A stretch of 63,628 bases of DNA, filler included, from Pelomyxa schiedti (lineage: Eukaryota; Protista; Evosea): the NCBI GenBank assembly GCA_020536535.1. It is 5 parts of 5 records of this genome, joined end to end, with 100 filler letters (N's around TTAATTAATTAA, not from the genome) between each part and the next. Parts side by side here need not be neighbours in the genome. Positions count along the whole stretch, not along the records: positions 48,747 to 52,341 come from JAHLWZ010001729.1; positions 52,442 to 63,628 come from JAHLWZ010000780.1; 3 more parts are not named here. One strand, 5' to 3'. The notes below the pieces were generated by a model, which made no database searches, was not told the DNA's origin, and saw only the letters and a program-made list of their open reading frames with translations. Positions 51,927-63,628 of the stretch are shown in pieces (position 1 is the stretch's first letter; each line of letters starts with the position of its first letter). The position numbers were made by a program, and so were the translations under genes.

Positions 51927-52341
51927 ATGTCAGACGAGGCTTCACAGATACACAAGAGACCGAGACTCGGCACAGATAATAATGTACTTGACACATCTCA
52001 ACCTTGGATCGACCATGTCGCAGTGACGAGACCGAGTTGGCTGGGCGACATCGTTTTCCACACCGCACTGTTCGCCGCTGACCAATTCGCATCGTTGGCT
52101 GTTGCCGTGCAGTCAGCGAGGTGCGGGGCCAGATCGCCGGCTCGAGTTTTGGGCACGCAGATGCTCAGGCAATTGTGGGACGACTGGGTCGTCGGCTGCC
52201 ACAGGGTGTTTACACTGAGGCTGGTCGGCCTGCCTCGAGACCATCTCCTCGACGAAGCTCGCTGGGTCTTCATCCAGTTTGGGATGTCGCCCTTGCTTAT
52301 GGGAATCACCACTGTTGTGCACGTTTCCAAGGCAAGGGATC
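51927..52341 (+). CDS. 5' part of another RCGARSPAR/FG.SP family member, truncated by scaffold end
   Basis: AADQFASL...ARCGARSPARVLGTQMLRQLWDDWVV...FGMSPLLMGIT. Confidence 0.8.
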
Positions 52342-52441
52342 NNNNNNNNNNNNNNNNNNNNNNNNNNNNNNNNNNNNNNNNNNNNTTAATTAATTAANNN
52401 NNNNNNNNNNNNNNNNNNNNNNNNNNNNNNNNNNNNNNNNN
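52342..52441. other. Artificial scaffold linker
   Basis: N44-TTAATTAATTAA-N44. Confidence 0.97.
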
Positions 52442-53029
52442 AACCACTCGAGATAGAGGCAGTGAGGGGAGAGAGGTGGAAGGAGGATGGGAGACAATAC
52501 TTAGTCAAGTGGAAGGGGAAGAGTGAGGCACAGAACACATGGCAGTACGAGGACGACTGCGCCAGATGTTTGTCACTCACTCATCAAGGAGTTCAAGGCT
52601 CAGTGCCAACGGGACCGTGCGGTGCGGGGAAGACCCTGAAGGAAGGGGATCTCCATCCCACTACCTCTGGGCCTGTGAGTGACGAGGGGGGTGAAAGGGG
52701 GCATACCACGAAGCATGTAAGATGAGGGGGGAGTGTGTGATATCTCTTAAGGGAGCTAAAGGGACACTCAGGGGGGACTCTGAGGAAGATCTGTTAGGCC
52801 ACAATAGATATGACGTCACCATCACCCAAGCCTTAGGACCCTTAGAATAAAGTAGTTTACGAAGAAAATAGAACCCCTTAAGTCCACTATCGCACGTTTT
52901 TAAGCTAGATAACACCAAATCGAGGGGCTCCACTGAGACAGTATCTTCACTCTCCACAATCTCCAGGTTTCCCTGCGCGTGATTTGATTTGATTTTCCTC
53001 CACACAAGGGCAGGGCAGCCACAGTCACG
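52442..53029 (+). mobile_element. 3' end of a chromodomain-bearing Ty3/Gypsy LTR retrotransposon (chromovirus-like): chromodomain, PPT and probable 3' LTR
   Basis: EIEAV.GER...QYLVKWKG.SEAQNTWQYE chromodomain. Purine tract AAGATGAGGGGGGAG (about 52719-52733), then TGTGTGA... with an internal AATAAA (about 52846), ending about TCACG (53029). Confidence 0.75.
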
Positions 53030-56000
53030 CAAGAAGAGGAGGAGGAGGAGGAGGAGTGAGGGGCATTAATACGTAGAGCCTGACGAGGGCCGACAACCCG
53101 CGGCCACGCGCCGACACCAACGTCACCACCTTGTTAAACGAAATGACAATGCGCGGAGCGAACGCCACACCCCTCAGCATCTCTTTTTGTCCCATAATGT
53201 TAAAAGCCACCAGCCAACAACGAAACGACACGGACGCAAAAAAAAAGCGCCACCCAACATGCACCACAAGCAACCCAACAATCAACAACCTATGAACCAC
53301 CACCGGTCTCGGATCACCACCCGCAACCGCATTTTTTCGATTTTGACTCCTAGCTGTCACGAGATCCGAGATGACAAATAAGCTCCAACCTAGTCAGGCT
53401 TGTGCCAATGAATCAGGTTTACAGAACCCAAAATTACAGTCAAGTTGCAGATCTGTGGTTGATATTGTAAATCCTTGCAAGGATAAATATTTTTGTTCAG
53501 TTGAGTGCCATTTTTTGTGGATGATGTTCAAAACAAACAGTTGTGTTAAAAGCAAGGTGGCCACTGGTGTTCTTCATAGCGTGGTACTGGTGGCAGTGTG
53601 GAAATCAACTGGCTGCAAAAAGCAAAGATAATCATTGATGTGTGCTACAATCCTGGGCCTGACAATGAGTTAGTTGTTGCTCCTTGGCCAGTTTGTTCCC
53701 CCTCCTGTGTTTTAGGCTAAGGAGGTTATGTCCGGAGCCGGAAACATAGCCTGAGGAGTTCAGGGACTACACACAGCTGGACAAGGTGAAGATGGCAATT
53801 CTGCAGGGCTTTCTTCTTCGTTAGGTAAATGTCCTCAACTTCTTTTTACCTTTTGCTTATGTTGTTAGAAACAACTGAAGCGAATGAAGTAGAATAATGT
53901 ACAGGAACATGAGTACCTCCCAGTTTTAAGCCAGCATGCACTGCCGTGATCAAAACTGAGCCGGCGGTCAGATAAACCGGAAACAAAGTAGATGGAACAG
54001 CGGAATAGACCTGTGCTGGCAACTCTGAGAAACATCGGGGGTGATATCGCACTGCCCTACACATGAGACCGAGGAAGAAAAATGGGAAGGGTACATGCCT
54101 GCTATGGTTATTCCCTCAGTTTTTGGCCCCTGTGGCGCAGAAGGAGGATACCATTCCTTCTTGGTGCCTGCAAACAGCTTGCAACAGTTAAGGCATTCTC
54201 CAGCTAGTTGGTGTCTCTCAGAGTGCTGATTGATTCCCTGTGTTACATATTAAAATGAAATACAAATGAAGAATGGAATACATCTCGAAGCGGCTAAGTC
54301 CGTTACACAGTGTACTACACGCAAGTTCAACATTTGGCTTGACACCCCTGTCCACACATGAGAATGAAGTACGAATCTGAGGAAGGGTATGTCAGTACTT
54401 TCTTCCCTGACGGAAAACGTGGGGCATCCTACCGCACATGTGACTGTGCCGAAAAATTCTTGGCCAGAAGTCATAGCTCAAGGTTAACTACATAAAGGAT
54501 TATCAAATAGAAAGAAAATAGGGATGCAGACCTGACAGTGGTGGTGATGATGATGCTTGCGGGCTATTTTGTTATAAGCGCCTTTCTACACACTGAGTTG
54601 AGGAACAAAAATGTACATAGACACAACCTTTAGCCACTGGTGTCAACATTTGTTGTTGACAAGCGGATCCTCAGTCCACTGCCAAACGAATTCCCCAACA
54701 ACCCAACACCCAAAACCATGTTGCCCCTCCACAACCCAACAGCGATCAGTGTCGCCTTCACCCCTTCGGTGTTGCAGGTGTTGGACTTCGACAGCTTCGT
54801 AACCGTACGATGTTTTTTTATGTTTTTAAGCCGCCCTGCACCCCACGCACCACGCCCAGCACTCTGCCCCCCCTCCCACATGCCACCACACCACCTTGTG
54901 GATGGAGACCCATCGGTCATCCACTGCCCCGACGCGTCTCGCCGCACCACCAGCCCCACTCCACAGCCGAGATACCATTTCAGCTGCACGGTATGTCCAC
55001 CTTACGTTGTCCTGCACAACGGTGGCACGATTGCCGGTCGCCGAGATGCAGAACATTTTTATTTATTATCAGATTTTCTCCGATTTCCCTGATGTGACTC
55101 GAAAGGTATCCTGACAGTGCAAACAACAGAACTCTGTTCTCTTAGCTCATTGTCAGATCCAAATTCAGTGTGTCAGCCAAAGAAATCAAGGCACACAACT
55201 GGTTCAACAAGCACTCCCAGGAGTTGTGGGCACCAATGGCCTCACAAAGACCCAGCTACATCTAAACAAACAACCAATCAGGATGCACCCCAAGGTACGT
55301 ACTTCTTGTGCTTAACCTTCCTTCAGTTCCTCACTGTTGAGGTTCTTCACTTGGAGAGCAGCAATTTTTCATCTGTGGCACATTGTTCAAATGCAAAAGA
55401 ATGGTTGAGTACATTCAAACCATACAACCTAAAAAAATGTTAAAGTTTTGTACCTGCACAACCTTCAACTTGGTGGTTGTGACTGTTGTACAGGAAGAAG
55501 TGGGTGAACCAAATATTGAAGTTTATTACATTTAAGAAGATCACATTGGTGAGAAGACATACATGTGAACCAGTGTTTTGATGTGGTTCAGCCAAAAAGT
55601 CATTTGTTGTGAACATGGCACATGGGCCTGATGTGGACTTGGATGTTGTCTACACACAATTAAGATGTCTCATCCACATTGAAAGTCATGGGAAAGAAGT
55701 CTTGGAAAAGGTATGACTCCATTGGAGCAAGCTGTCACCTTGGTGAACCAACACAAAATACCACATTGAGTACTCAAGATGTTACAGGTGTTCACCACTG
55801 CACATTCAGGCACCACTTAAACGGTAATATGAACACAAAGAGAGGGTGTCCTCCATCACTGAACCCAGTAGAGGATGCAGAAATATATGGTTCATAAGGG
55901 CAAATTTTTTCCATGTGGTTTTCCTTTCAATTCAAATATTTTATTTTTAAGTTTACCACTCTGACCATGAGTGATCACACCAATAGTGCACAGAAGTCTT

Positions 56001-57297
56001 CAACTGAGTTGTGAAGAGCAAACAAAGCCTCAATAAGGTATTTTACTCAGGCTGAAGCTTCTGTTCTTCTTCAACTGTGTGCCCTCTTGGGTGGTGGTGG
56101 GAGCTTCCTCTGTGGGGAACTTTCCGCAAAGCTAACTGCTGCAAGAGTTGCGTTATCATCCCCATCACCTTCTCCCGAACCTCGCGGTCCATGTCGCCCA
56201 CCAGGACCAGACTTTCCGCTTTTAGTCGCCGACCAAAACAAGAATGTTGATTTTCACCGAACATCCATGTGCACTAGACTGGACAAAAAAGCGGTTGCCT
56301 CTGGCCGTTGGGGGCCGTCGGCGTCCGCAGTGGGAGCGTGGCGGGCGACAACACGTCGTGGTGGTGATTGGATGGGGGGATGGGGCACAGCGACGATGCC
56401 GACTGACCGGAACAGGGATGGGGGATAGCAGATTGGGAGGGATTCACTTCTTACCGGTGGGCAGCCGTGATACCTGTCTTGGTTGCACTCCTTGCCCCTG
56501 CTTTAGCCCTGATGGAGTCTGGAGGAAGGTGCCAGGTAAACTCCCTCGCTTCCTTTTTATCGTCTTTACTTGGAAACAGGTTCCAGCTCCTCTCGGTTGA
56601 CGCAGGAAGAGGACTTGGCTGAGCCATAGGACAACATAGGCCGGTACTGCATTTCCCTCTTCCTCCTTAACTTAATAAACACCACAGAAACCAACACCAG
56701 TTCACTTGACGGTGTGTGGCACATCCAACGCAAACTGCAGCAATCTCCACCATCTGGCAACACGCCCCATGGCGCCGGAATACCCCTGGGAACTTGCCAG
56801 TCTGTTGACTGCACCCTGCGGCTCACCAGGAGGTAAGATTGTTTTCCTCCTTTCCAGCTCTAATGAATGACGCAGGCAGGTGGCTGCCAAGGTGAGCTGT
56901 GGGCTGACCCACCGTCCTGGTGAGGCGTGTTCTCGTTTTTATTCCACTCTACTAATTATTACACAAGGCAGCTGTCAACAGTGCTGCTGGGAATGGTTAT
57001 GATGTACACCCTAGACAGGTTTGGCTGCTTCAAACCTGTAATATCCTACTAACTGTGACCGTTTTAGGAGGATTCCATTTCCCATCAACAATCACCACAT
57101 CCCCATTTCCCTCTCTCCAGGGCACTAAAACACTGCCAGAACACACCAACACAAGAATCAGTATTGCCGGAGGTTCGAATACCACAGCACCTTACTGCTA
57201 GCACTCTTGGGAGCGATAATGCTGCCCGTAATGTGGCACATTAATAGAAAACACTACTTACTTCTTATTTTTAGAATCGGTGAAGTGGTTCCAGTGT

Positions 57298-60200
57298 TTA
57301 TGTGCTGTTGTGTGCAGTGGCCTTGGTGGTTGTGGGTACTTGCTTGACCTTCTCGAATCTGGTCACTGCCGTCTTGTATTTTCCAAGTACTTCATCAATT
57401 TTTTGGGTTACAGAACGGCAATGCTCTTGGAGACGAGATATGAGTTCAATTGGTGCTGACATCTGCTTTTGTGGAGGCAAGGTAATGTTGAAGAGTGCCT
57501 GGAGTGCAAGTATAGCATCTGTCACTAAACTCCCAAGTGAATATCTGCTGACCGTCACACTGTCACAGGTCTCGGCAATTTCAGATATGTTTGATATCTT
57601 GTTAACAAGTTAATTGGAGAAAAACAAACAAGCAAAACGAGGACTGGTACAAACCCCGTCATCATCATCATCATCATCATAATCAGTTGAGCGGCCAATC
57701 ATTCGAACATCCCCCAATGACACAGGCGCAGCACCAGCACCGCCTCCATCAACATCAACATCACCCTCTGCCTCCCCTTCTCCGGGTGTGTTGTCACTGC
57801 TGGTTGTTGGAGTGGCAGCAGATCCCCCTTCCTGCGCAAAGGCATCAACGATGTCACCAACGAGCTGCATAATCACAGAGGGGACGCGGCAGGGGGCTCT
57901 TGCCGTCGCCGTCGCCGTTGCTGCTGCGGGCGCGGCCGTGTAGCGCAGCCTAGGAAGCGGTGGGAGAACCAGGTCTGATGCTGTTGCATGCGAGGCCGAG
58001 GTTGAGGCAGTGGTCAGGGCTGCCGCGCCACCCTGGAGCCATGCCACCACACCAGTCATGAATTGTGATGCATCAGTAAGGTGTGCGACAATGGCGCGGC
58101 ACCTACTGGCGATGTTGGGCCACTCTGTGGCCAACACAGCCGGCATGCTCATGGCCGCGTGTCTCTCCGCGCTCTCGTCATCAACTTCAGAGATGATTTC
58201 GGGCAGAACGGATATCCTCAACGCCTTCATATCCTCTACGAGGCTGCCTTCGTGTGCGCATTCTGATGATATTTTGCTCCAAATGGCCTTTTAGCAGAAG
58301 AAGTGAAATCAATCAATCAATCAATCAATCACAAACGATCGACGATGAGGGCGTACGAACAACGTACATCGTAATCACATGGCACGGGCAGCACCGCAGC
58401 AGGGGGGCGCCTGACTCTAGTCTTCTTCAGCACATATGATTCAATGGCTCCTGCGTATCTGGTGCTTGGGCGCGGGGGTGGTGGTGGTGTGGCAGGGGTC
58501 GTGGTGCTGGTGCTGGTGCTGGTGCTTGCTGCGCCGGAAGCTGGGGCAGCGGCCCGCTTGCCCCCCGTCGTCGCGGGCGCCGGCGGCCCCCCGGCGGAGA
58601 GGGATGGTGATGGGGATGGGGATGGAAAGGGGCAGGGAATGCTGGGGATGTTGGGGGACTTCGGTCCAACAAGGGGTGTGGCGGGGGGCTTGGTTGGCGC
58701 AGTATCAACAACAGCAACAACATCCGCAGGTGGCTTGGAGGAGACGGTTACTGGGCCAGTTCGGGGTTGCTTGGGGGCGGGCTCTTGCGGCTTGCTCAGG
58801 GTCTCAGGGGGTTGGGCTTGGTTGACTGGCCACTTGGCTTTGGGGAGTCTCCCAATGTTACTGTGTCCCACAGCTCTGCCCCCAAGGGTGAGTGGCGGCG
58901 CCAGGAAGCCAAACATCCAGTCATTGTACTCGACAACTACGCAACATGGATGGCGCTGTATTAACACTCCGGCACTGTGTGGAGCAAATATAAGATGCCG
59001 CCACAAAAAACAAACAACAAGGAAGTGCTTACACTTTTTTGGGATACTGAGTGGCGATTGCCTTGTGAACCACGTCGTCATTTGGAAGTTCGAACTCTCC
59101 CTCAAAATCAAAAACCTCACAACACATTGTTTTGTCCAAGTTGGCAAGGGGAAACATTGGCTTTTTTTTTATTGAGCTCTCTTCGAGGTACTGCACTGTC
59201 TTTTTTTTTTGTCTATCTAAATTACTGATTTCGTAATCACTGTGATGGACTGTCATGGAATGAAGGAACCCTTGTTGTGCATTCGACTCACGTGGCGCCA
59301 GCATCATCCCCCCCTTGAGGCTAATTCGAAGTATTTTGAGTCCTCCCATAGGACCACAAACAATCAATGATTTTTAAAAATTTATGCTTGTTTGCAACAA
59401 ATTGATGCTTGTTTGCAACAACAAAAAATTGATTGATGTTCTTGGAGGGGCTGTCATTCTCGCACAGTAATAACAGGAATGTCATAGGCCGTGCAAACTT
59501 TGTTTGCACGTTGAAGCACAACGACTCCAGCAGGTGACACCACTAAAAAAAAAAAGTGATGTAAGATAAGTTGGAGTGGGAGAGGGGTTTATTCACGCAC
59601 ACAATGTGCTGTTCTGGTGGTTGCCTATGCAAACCTTGAAGTCTTCAATAAAGATGACGGGCCACCTGCACTGTAGCCTTGTTTTCGTGTGGTGATAGTA
59701 AAGTTCTGGGTTTGTTTTTTTTTTGGGGGGGGGTGTTAACTTCGGCATGATGGAACCCAACAAGAGAGAGAGAGAGAGTAGTACCTTGCGCAAGAAATGT
59801 AACAATTGATTTGCTCTTTCCTCTGTATGTTCTCATGGCAAACTCTTTGCCTTCAGCCGCCTCTATTGAAATTGTACTGCACTGTGCAGATTTCCTAAAA
59901 GCTTCTATACGAGCCGAGAGAACTGGATTATTGAGTGCCACAACAACCTAAATTGCAAATCAAATTTGTGTTTCTGGCACAGAAAATAATGACATGACTA
60001 ACAACAACAACAACAACAACAAATATCGAACCTGATATGACCGGGGGGGGAACAACTTAGGTAGGGCTGCAGGGTCATCACCAACTTCATTGATTTCAAC
60101 AGATGACTGCTTTGCACTCAAATTGCTGCGTAGAGTAAGAGACGCTCTGGCAGTACAGCCGACAATGTGCAGTGAGACAACCTGTGAAGAACAGGTTATA

Positions 60201-60590
60201 GTAAAACTATATATTCTCGAAGATTGTCTGGAGAAGGGGTACCTCGGAGTTTGCGTCGAACTGCGCCAATCCCTCCATCAGCTTTGTTGGGTGTACTTGG
60301 AATACCATGGAACGAGTGCGGCTTCTAAACTCCATTTTTGAAAAGATGGCCTTGTATTATCAGAAGTGAGCAAAAGGAGAAAAAACATATAGTTAGTTGT
60401 GAACTAACATGACATATGTTGTGTTTATAGCGTTAACAAAGGTCACACCAACAAGTGGGTTTCTCTCCACAGCTTGACGCCATGGTCGCCATCGCATCCC
60501 GCAACGCCTATCGTGTGTCCATTCATTCCCACAATGACTGACCCAAACGACGGCGCGACGCAGAAAAGCTCTGGATGCACACGTCATCAT
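57298..60590 (-). CDS. Uncharacterised multi-exon protein; boundaries and exon structure uncertain
   Basis: Series of minus-strand open blocks (57298-57607, 57650-58290, 58390-59020, 59030-59190, 59784-59950, 60030-60350) separated by short intron-like spacers. No family recognised. Confidence 0.5.
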
Positions 60591-61947
60591 CGTGAGGCAC
60601 GTGCGTGCGTGCGTGCGTGAAAACAGCGTCGTCGGATTCGAAAAGTTTCTTAACAACAAAATCAACCCCCGAGTGCCTCCATGTCCACAACGTCAGCTCG
60701 GAACAACGTTACAACCTCTTTCGCCATCTGACTCCGCCCGACTTCCTTCGATTCGATTTGAGCGATCATGATGGGAGACAAACCAGGTCTGAATCTGCTG
60801 CCGAGCCGGCCTGAGAATGATCTATCTCCATCTCCTCTCCACATCCCCTTCTGAGTGTAAAAGGTGGGTTCTACACTTGTTGTCTTTTTCCTTACACCCT
60901 GGCCAGTTTGGGAGGTGGGAGCCCAGAGTGGGGCCCAATCTGTGTTCCCCGGTGGTGTCCCAAATGTCCACATTTGCCGTTGCCATCCACATGTTTCACC
61001 TGAACAATTTCGTTAGCAGTTGGAAAGTAGAAGAACAAGCATACCCAACTCGAAGTGGCACTGTTTGTCATGGCTGGGCTCCATCATTCCGGGTATCTGG
61101 CCAGCATGTTAGCGGGATCAGGGAAGGCTAGAGTGGGGCACCAACCAAATTTGGAGTCGGTCTGGAACAATTTCCAAAGTGTCGGCTCAAGTCTGTGGAA
61201 AACGTGAGAGGAAGAAAGAGGACAAACAAGGGGACCTACCCAACTTCCAAGTCAGCCAGCAGAGTGGCGTGTCACTGTGCAAAGTGCGGGAATTGTAGAA
61301 AAGGGGCCCTGTGGGGGGAACACCAGCACCTGGGTTCAAACCTATACTGGTTGAGTTGGGTGACAATAGGGAGAGGGGGATTGACTTTGGTGATGACACG
61401 CTGTCATCTGAGGTCCGCCATGTCCACCACAGCACCTGGTTAGAAAGTGTGAGAACTCGAAAAAGAAAAACAGAGAAGATACCTGAAGTTTAAGTCCGAC
61501 TGAGTTGCTGCATGAAGGAGCCCTATGTTGGAGTGAGGGAGACATAAAACAAAATCGAAACATACCACACACACAGTAGGATGTAGGAGTGAGGAAGCGG
61601 CAGGGAGGCCAGGTCCAGCCACAGTATGCCATGCCATCCACACCTGCAAAATGGAGTTAGCAGGGTTGGAAAGAAGAAGAACAAGGTACCTTGATGTTAT
61701 TCAGCTGTGGCTCCATCATTCCGGTTATCTGTCAGCATGTTAGCGGAGCCAATGATGGTTAAGGACATACCAGGGGCCAGGTCCGACTGAAGTCCGCTTT
61801 GGAATCAGTGCTGTGCTCTCCATCATCATTACGGGTGTCTGGCCGGCATGTTAGTGGGACCAAGGAAGGCTATGGGAAGGGTACAAACCAAATTCCAAGT
61901 CACTGGCATCCATTTTCACTGTTGTTGTTGAGTGGTGGTAACAAAAG

Positions 61948-63628
61948 GGAGAGGAGGGAGGGAGTGTACTTGGTGATAGATTGTCAAGCAGGAGTGTGGC
62001 ATGGAATCGACCCTAGGTACCATGAGGAAATGGAAAACAACAGTAAGTTAAAACAAGACTATAACAAACAAAATAAAAAAAAATTAAACTAAAACAAATA
62101 AAAATTAAAGACGAACCAACACAAAACACAACGATCACTGTCCATGTGGGTGTCACTTGGTCCGGGCTCCAGGCACCACCGCATTTTTTTCCCTTGTTAA
62201 AGCAACTGATCGTAATCCCAGAAATTCTCTTTTCGGGGAAAGGTGAACGGGATCACTGGAGCCTGCCACAACCGACAGACGCAAAATTGAGGAACTCAAC
62301 TTGCACAACCCACAATTTGGCCCAAATTGCCAAACTGGACCCCATTCGACTTCAGGGTGTTGCAATCAGCCGTACGAGCGAGGCCAAGGGGCCCCAGGAC
62401 GAGGAGAGGCCAGAGGCCATCATCCACATCGTGGACAAGAAACAGCAAACGCAACGTCATTGTGGGTTTCGATGTTGGCAATAACCAACCCAATGCAACT
62501 CGAAGTTAGCCACGTGTTTAGTTTGAGCTCGACTAAATGGCGTATTCTTTCCACCGCATAGCAGTGAGGGGCTCAGGCTCAGTCTCGAACGCGCTGACTA
62601 GTGAAGAAATGCACATGTGCAATCGTGGCCAGGACGTGTTCATTGCATTGTTGGGAAGGGGGCTATCATCACGATGTAAAACAGCACTTGTGGTTTACTG
62701 TGTGGGAGATGAGACAAGAAACAGCAAACCGCACATCATTGTCGACAACCAGCNNNNNNNNNNNNNNNNNNNNNNNNNNNNNNNNNNNNNNNNNNNNNNN
62801 NNNNNNNNNNNNNNNNNNNNNNNNNNNNNNNNNNNNNNNNNNNNNNNNNNNNNGGAGAGGAGGGAGGGAGTGTACTTGGTGATAGATTGTCAAGCAGGAG
62901 TGTGGCATGGAATCGACCCTAGGTACCATGAGGAAATGGAAAACAACAGTAAGTTAAAACAAGACTATAACAAAATAAAACAAATTAAACTAAAACAAAT
63001 AAAAATTAAAGACGACTGGTTTAACCAACACAAAACACAACGATCACTGTCCATGTGGGTGTCACTTGGTCCGGGCTCCAGGCACCACCGCATTTTTTCC
63101 CCTTGTTAAAGCAACTGATCGTAATCCCAGAAATTCTCTTTTCGGGGAAAGGTGAACGGGATCACTGGAGCCTGCCACAACCGACAGACGCAAAATGGAG
63201 GAACTCAACTTGCACAACCCACAATTTGGCCCAAATTGCCAAACTGGACCCCATTCGACTTCAGGGTGTTGCAATCAGCCGTACGAGCGAGGCCCCAGGA
63301 CGAGGAGAGGCCAGAGGCCATCATTCGTGGACAAACGGCATTTTCGATGTTGGCAATAACCAACCCACTGCAACTCGAAGTTAGCCACGTGTTTAGTTTG
63401 AGCTCGACTAAATGGCGTATTCTTTCCACCGCATAGCAGTGAGGAGCTCAGGCTCAGTCTCGAACGCGCTGACTAGTGAAGAAATGCACATGTGCAATCG
63501 TGGCCAAGACGTGTTCATTGCATTGTTGGGAAGGGGGCTATCATCACGATGTAAAACAGCACTTGTGGTTTACTGTGTGGGAGATGAGACAAGAAACAGC
63601 AAACCGCACATCATTGTCGACAACCAGC
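61948..63628 (+). repeat. Two near-identical copies of about 800 bp (61948-62753, 62854-63628) around a 100-N gap; probably haplotype duplication
   Basis: Both copies end at the same base (...GTCGACAACCAGC) and differ by SNPs and indels. Confidence 0.8.

Noticed and set aside
53030-57290. Possible additional minus-strand genes or pseudogenes
   Set aside because: Short ORFs and intron-like signals exist, but I could not build a consistent model or recognise a domain.
61078-61872. CRISPR-like array
   Set aside because: Only three degenerate, irregularly spaced units, no cas genes, eukaryotic context.
61948-63628. 800-bp direct repeat as an LTR pair or tandem duplication
   Set aside because: The copies flank a 100-N gap and end at the same base, typical of heterozygous bubble alleles scaffolded in tandem. 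No TG...CA ends or PBS/PPT seen.

Overview
Eukaryotic (protist) draft genome. Five scaffolds are concatenated with artificial N44-TTAATTAATTAA-N44 linkers (24995-25094, 45229-45328, 48647-48746, 52342-52441), and there are four 100-N gaps. Genes are dense, and most introns are short (about 41-59 nt) GT-AG introns, so many raw ORFs are exon fragments. The style resembles an amoebozoan/archamoeba such as Pelomyxa; this is recollection, not verified. Scaffold 1 (1-24994) is a tandem array of at least five paralogues of a gene family I do not recognise. They encode long S/Q/P-rich disordered proteins, most with RS-dipeptide tracts, and share a bipartite C-terminal domain (QLLKGRYL...TNAVLV and W.GMQLKY.E...FP.CCF.V.DD.H...W..RCR) with two conserved intron positions. 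One copy has lost one of those introns precisely. An RD-repeat gene and a member of a second expanded family sit inside the array. Scaffold 2 carries recognisable genes: Sel1-repeat protein, L-asparaginase, F-box/WD40, alpha-tubulin acetyltransferase, GLT1D1-like glycosyltransferase, RasGEF, S53 peptidase and a SWT1-like PIN nuclease. Scaffolds 3-4 hold three more members of the second family (RCGARSPAR / FGVSP motifs) and an ankyrin-transmembrane gene. Scaffold 5 starts with the 3' end of a chromodomain-bearing Ty3/Gypsy LTR element, followed by poorly resolved sequence and an uncharacterised multi-exon gene. No rRNA, tRNA or CRISPR array was recognised.
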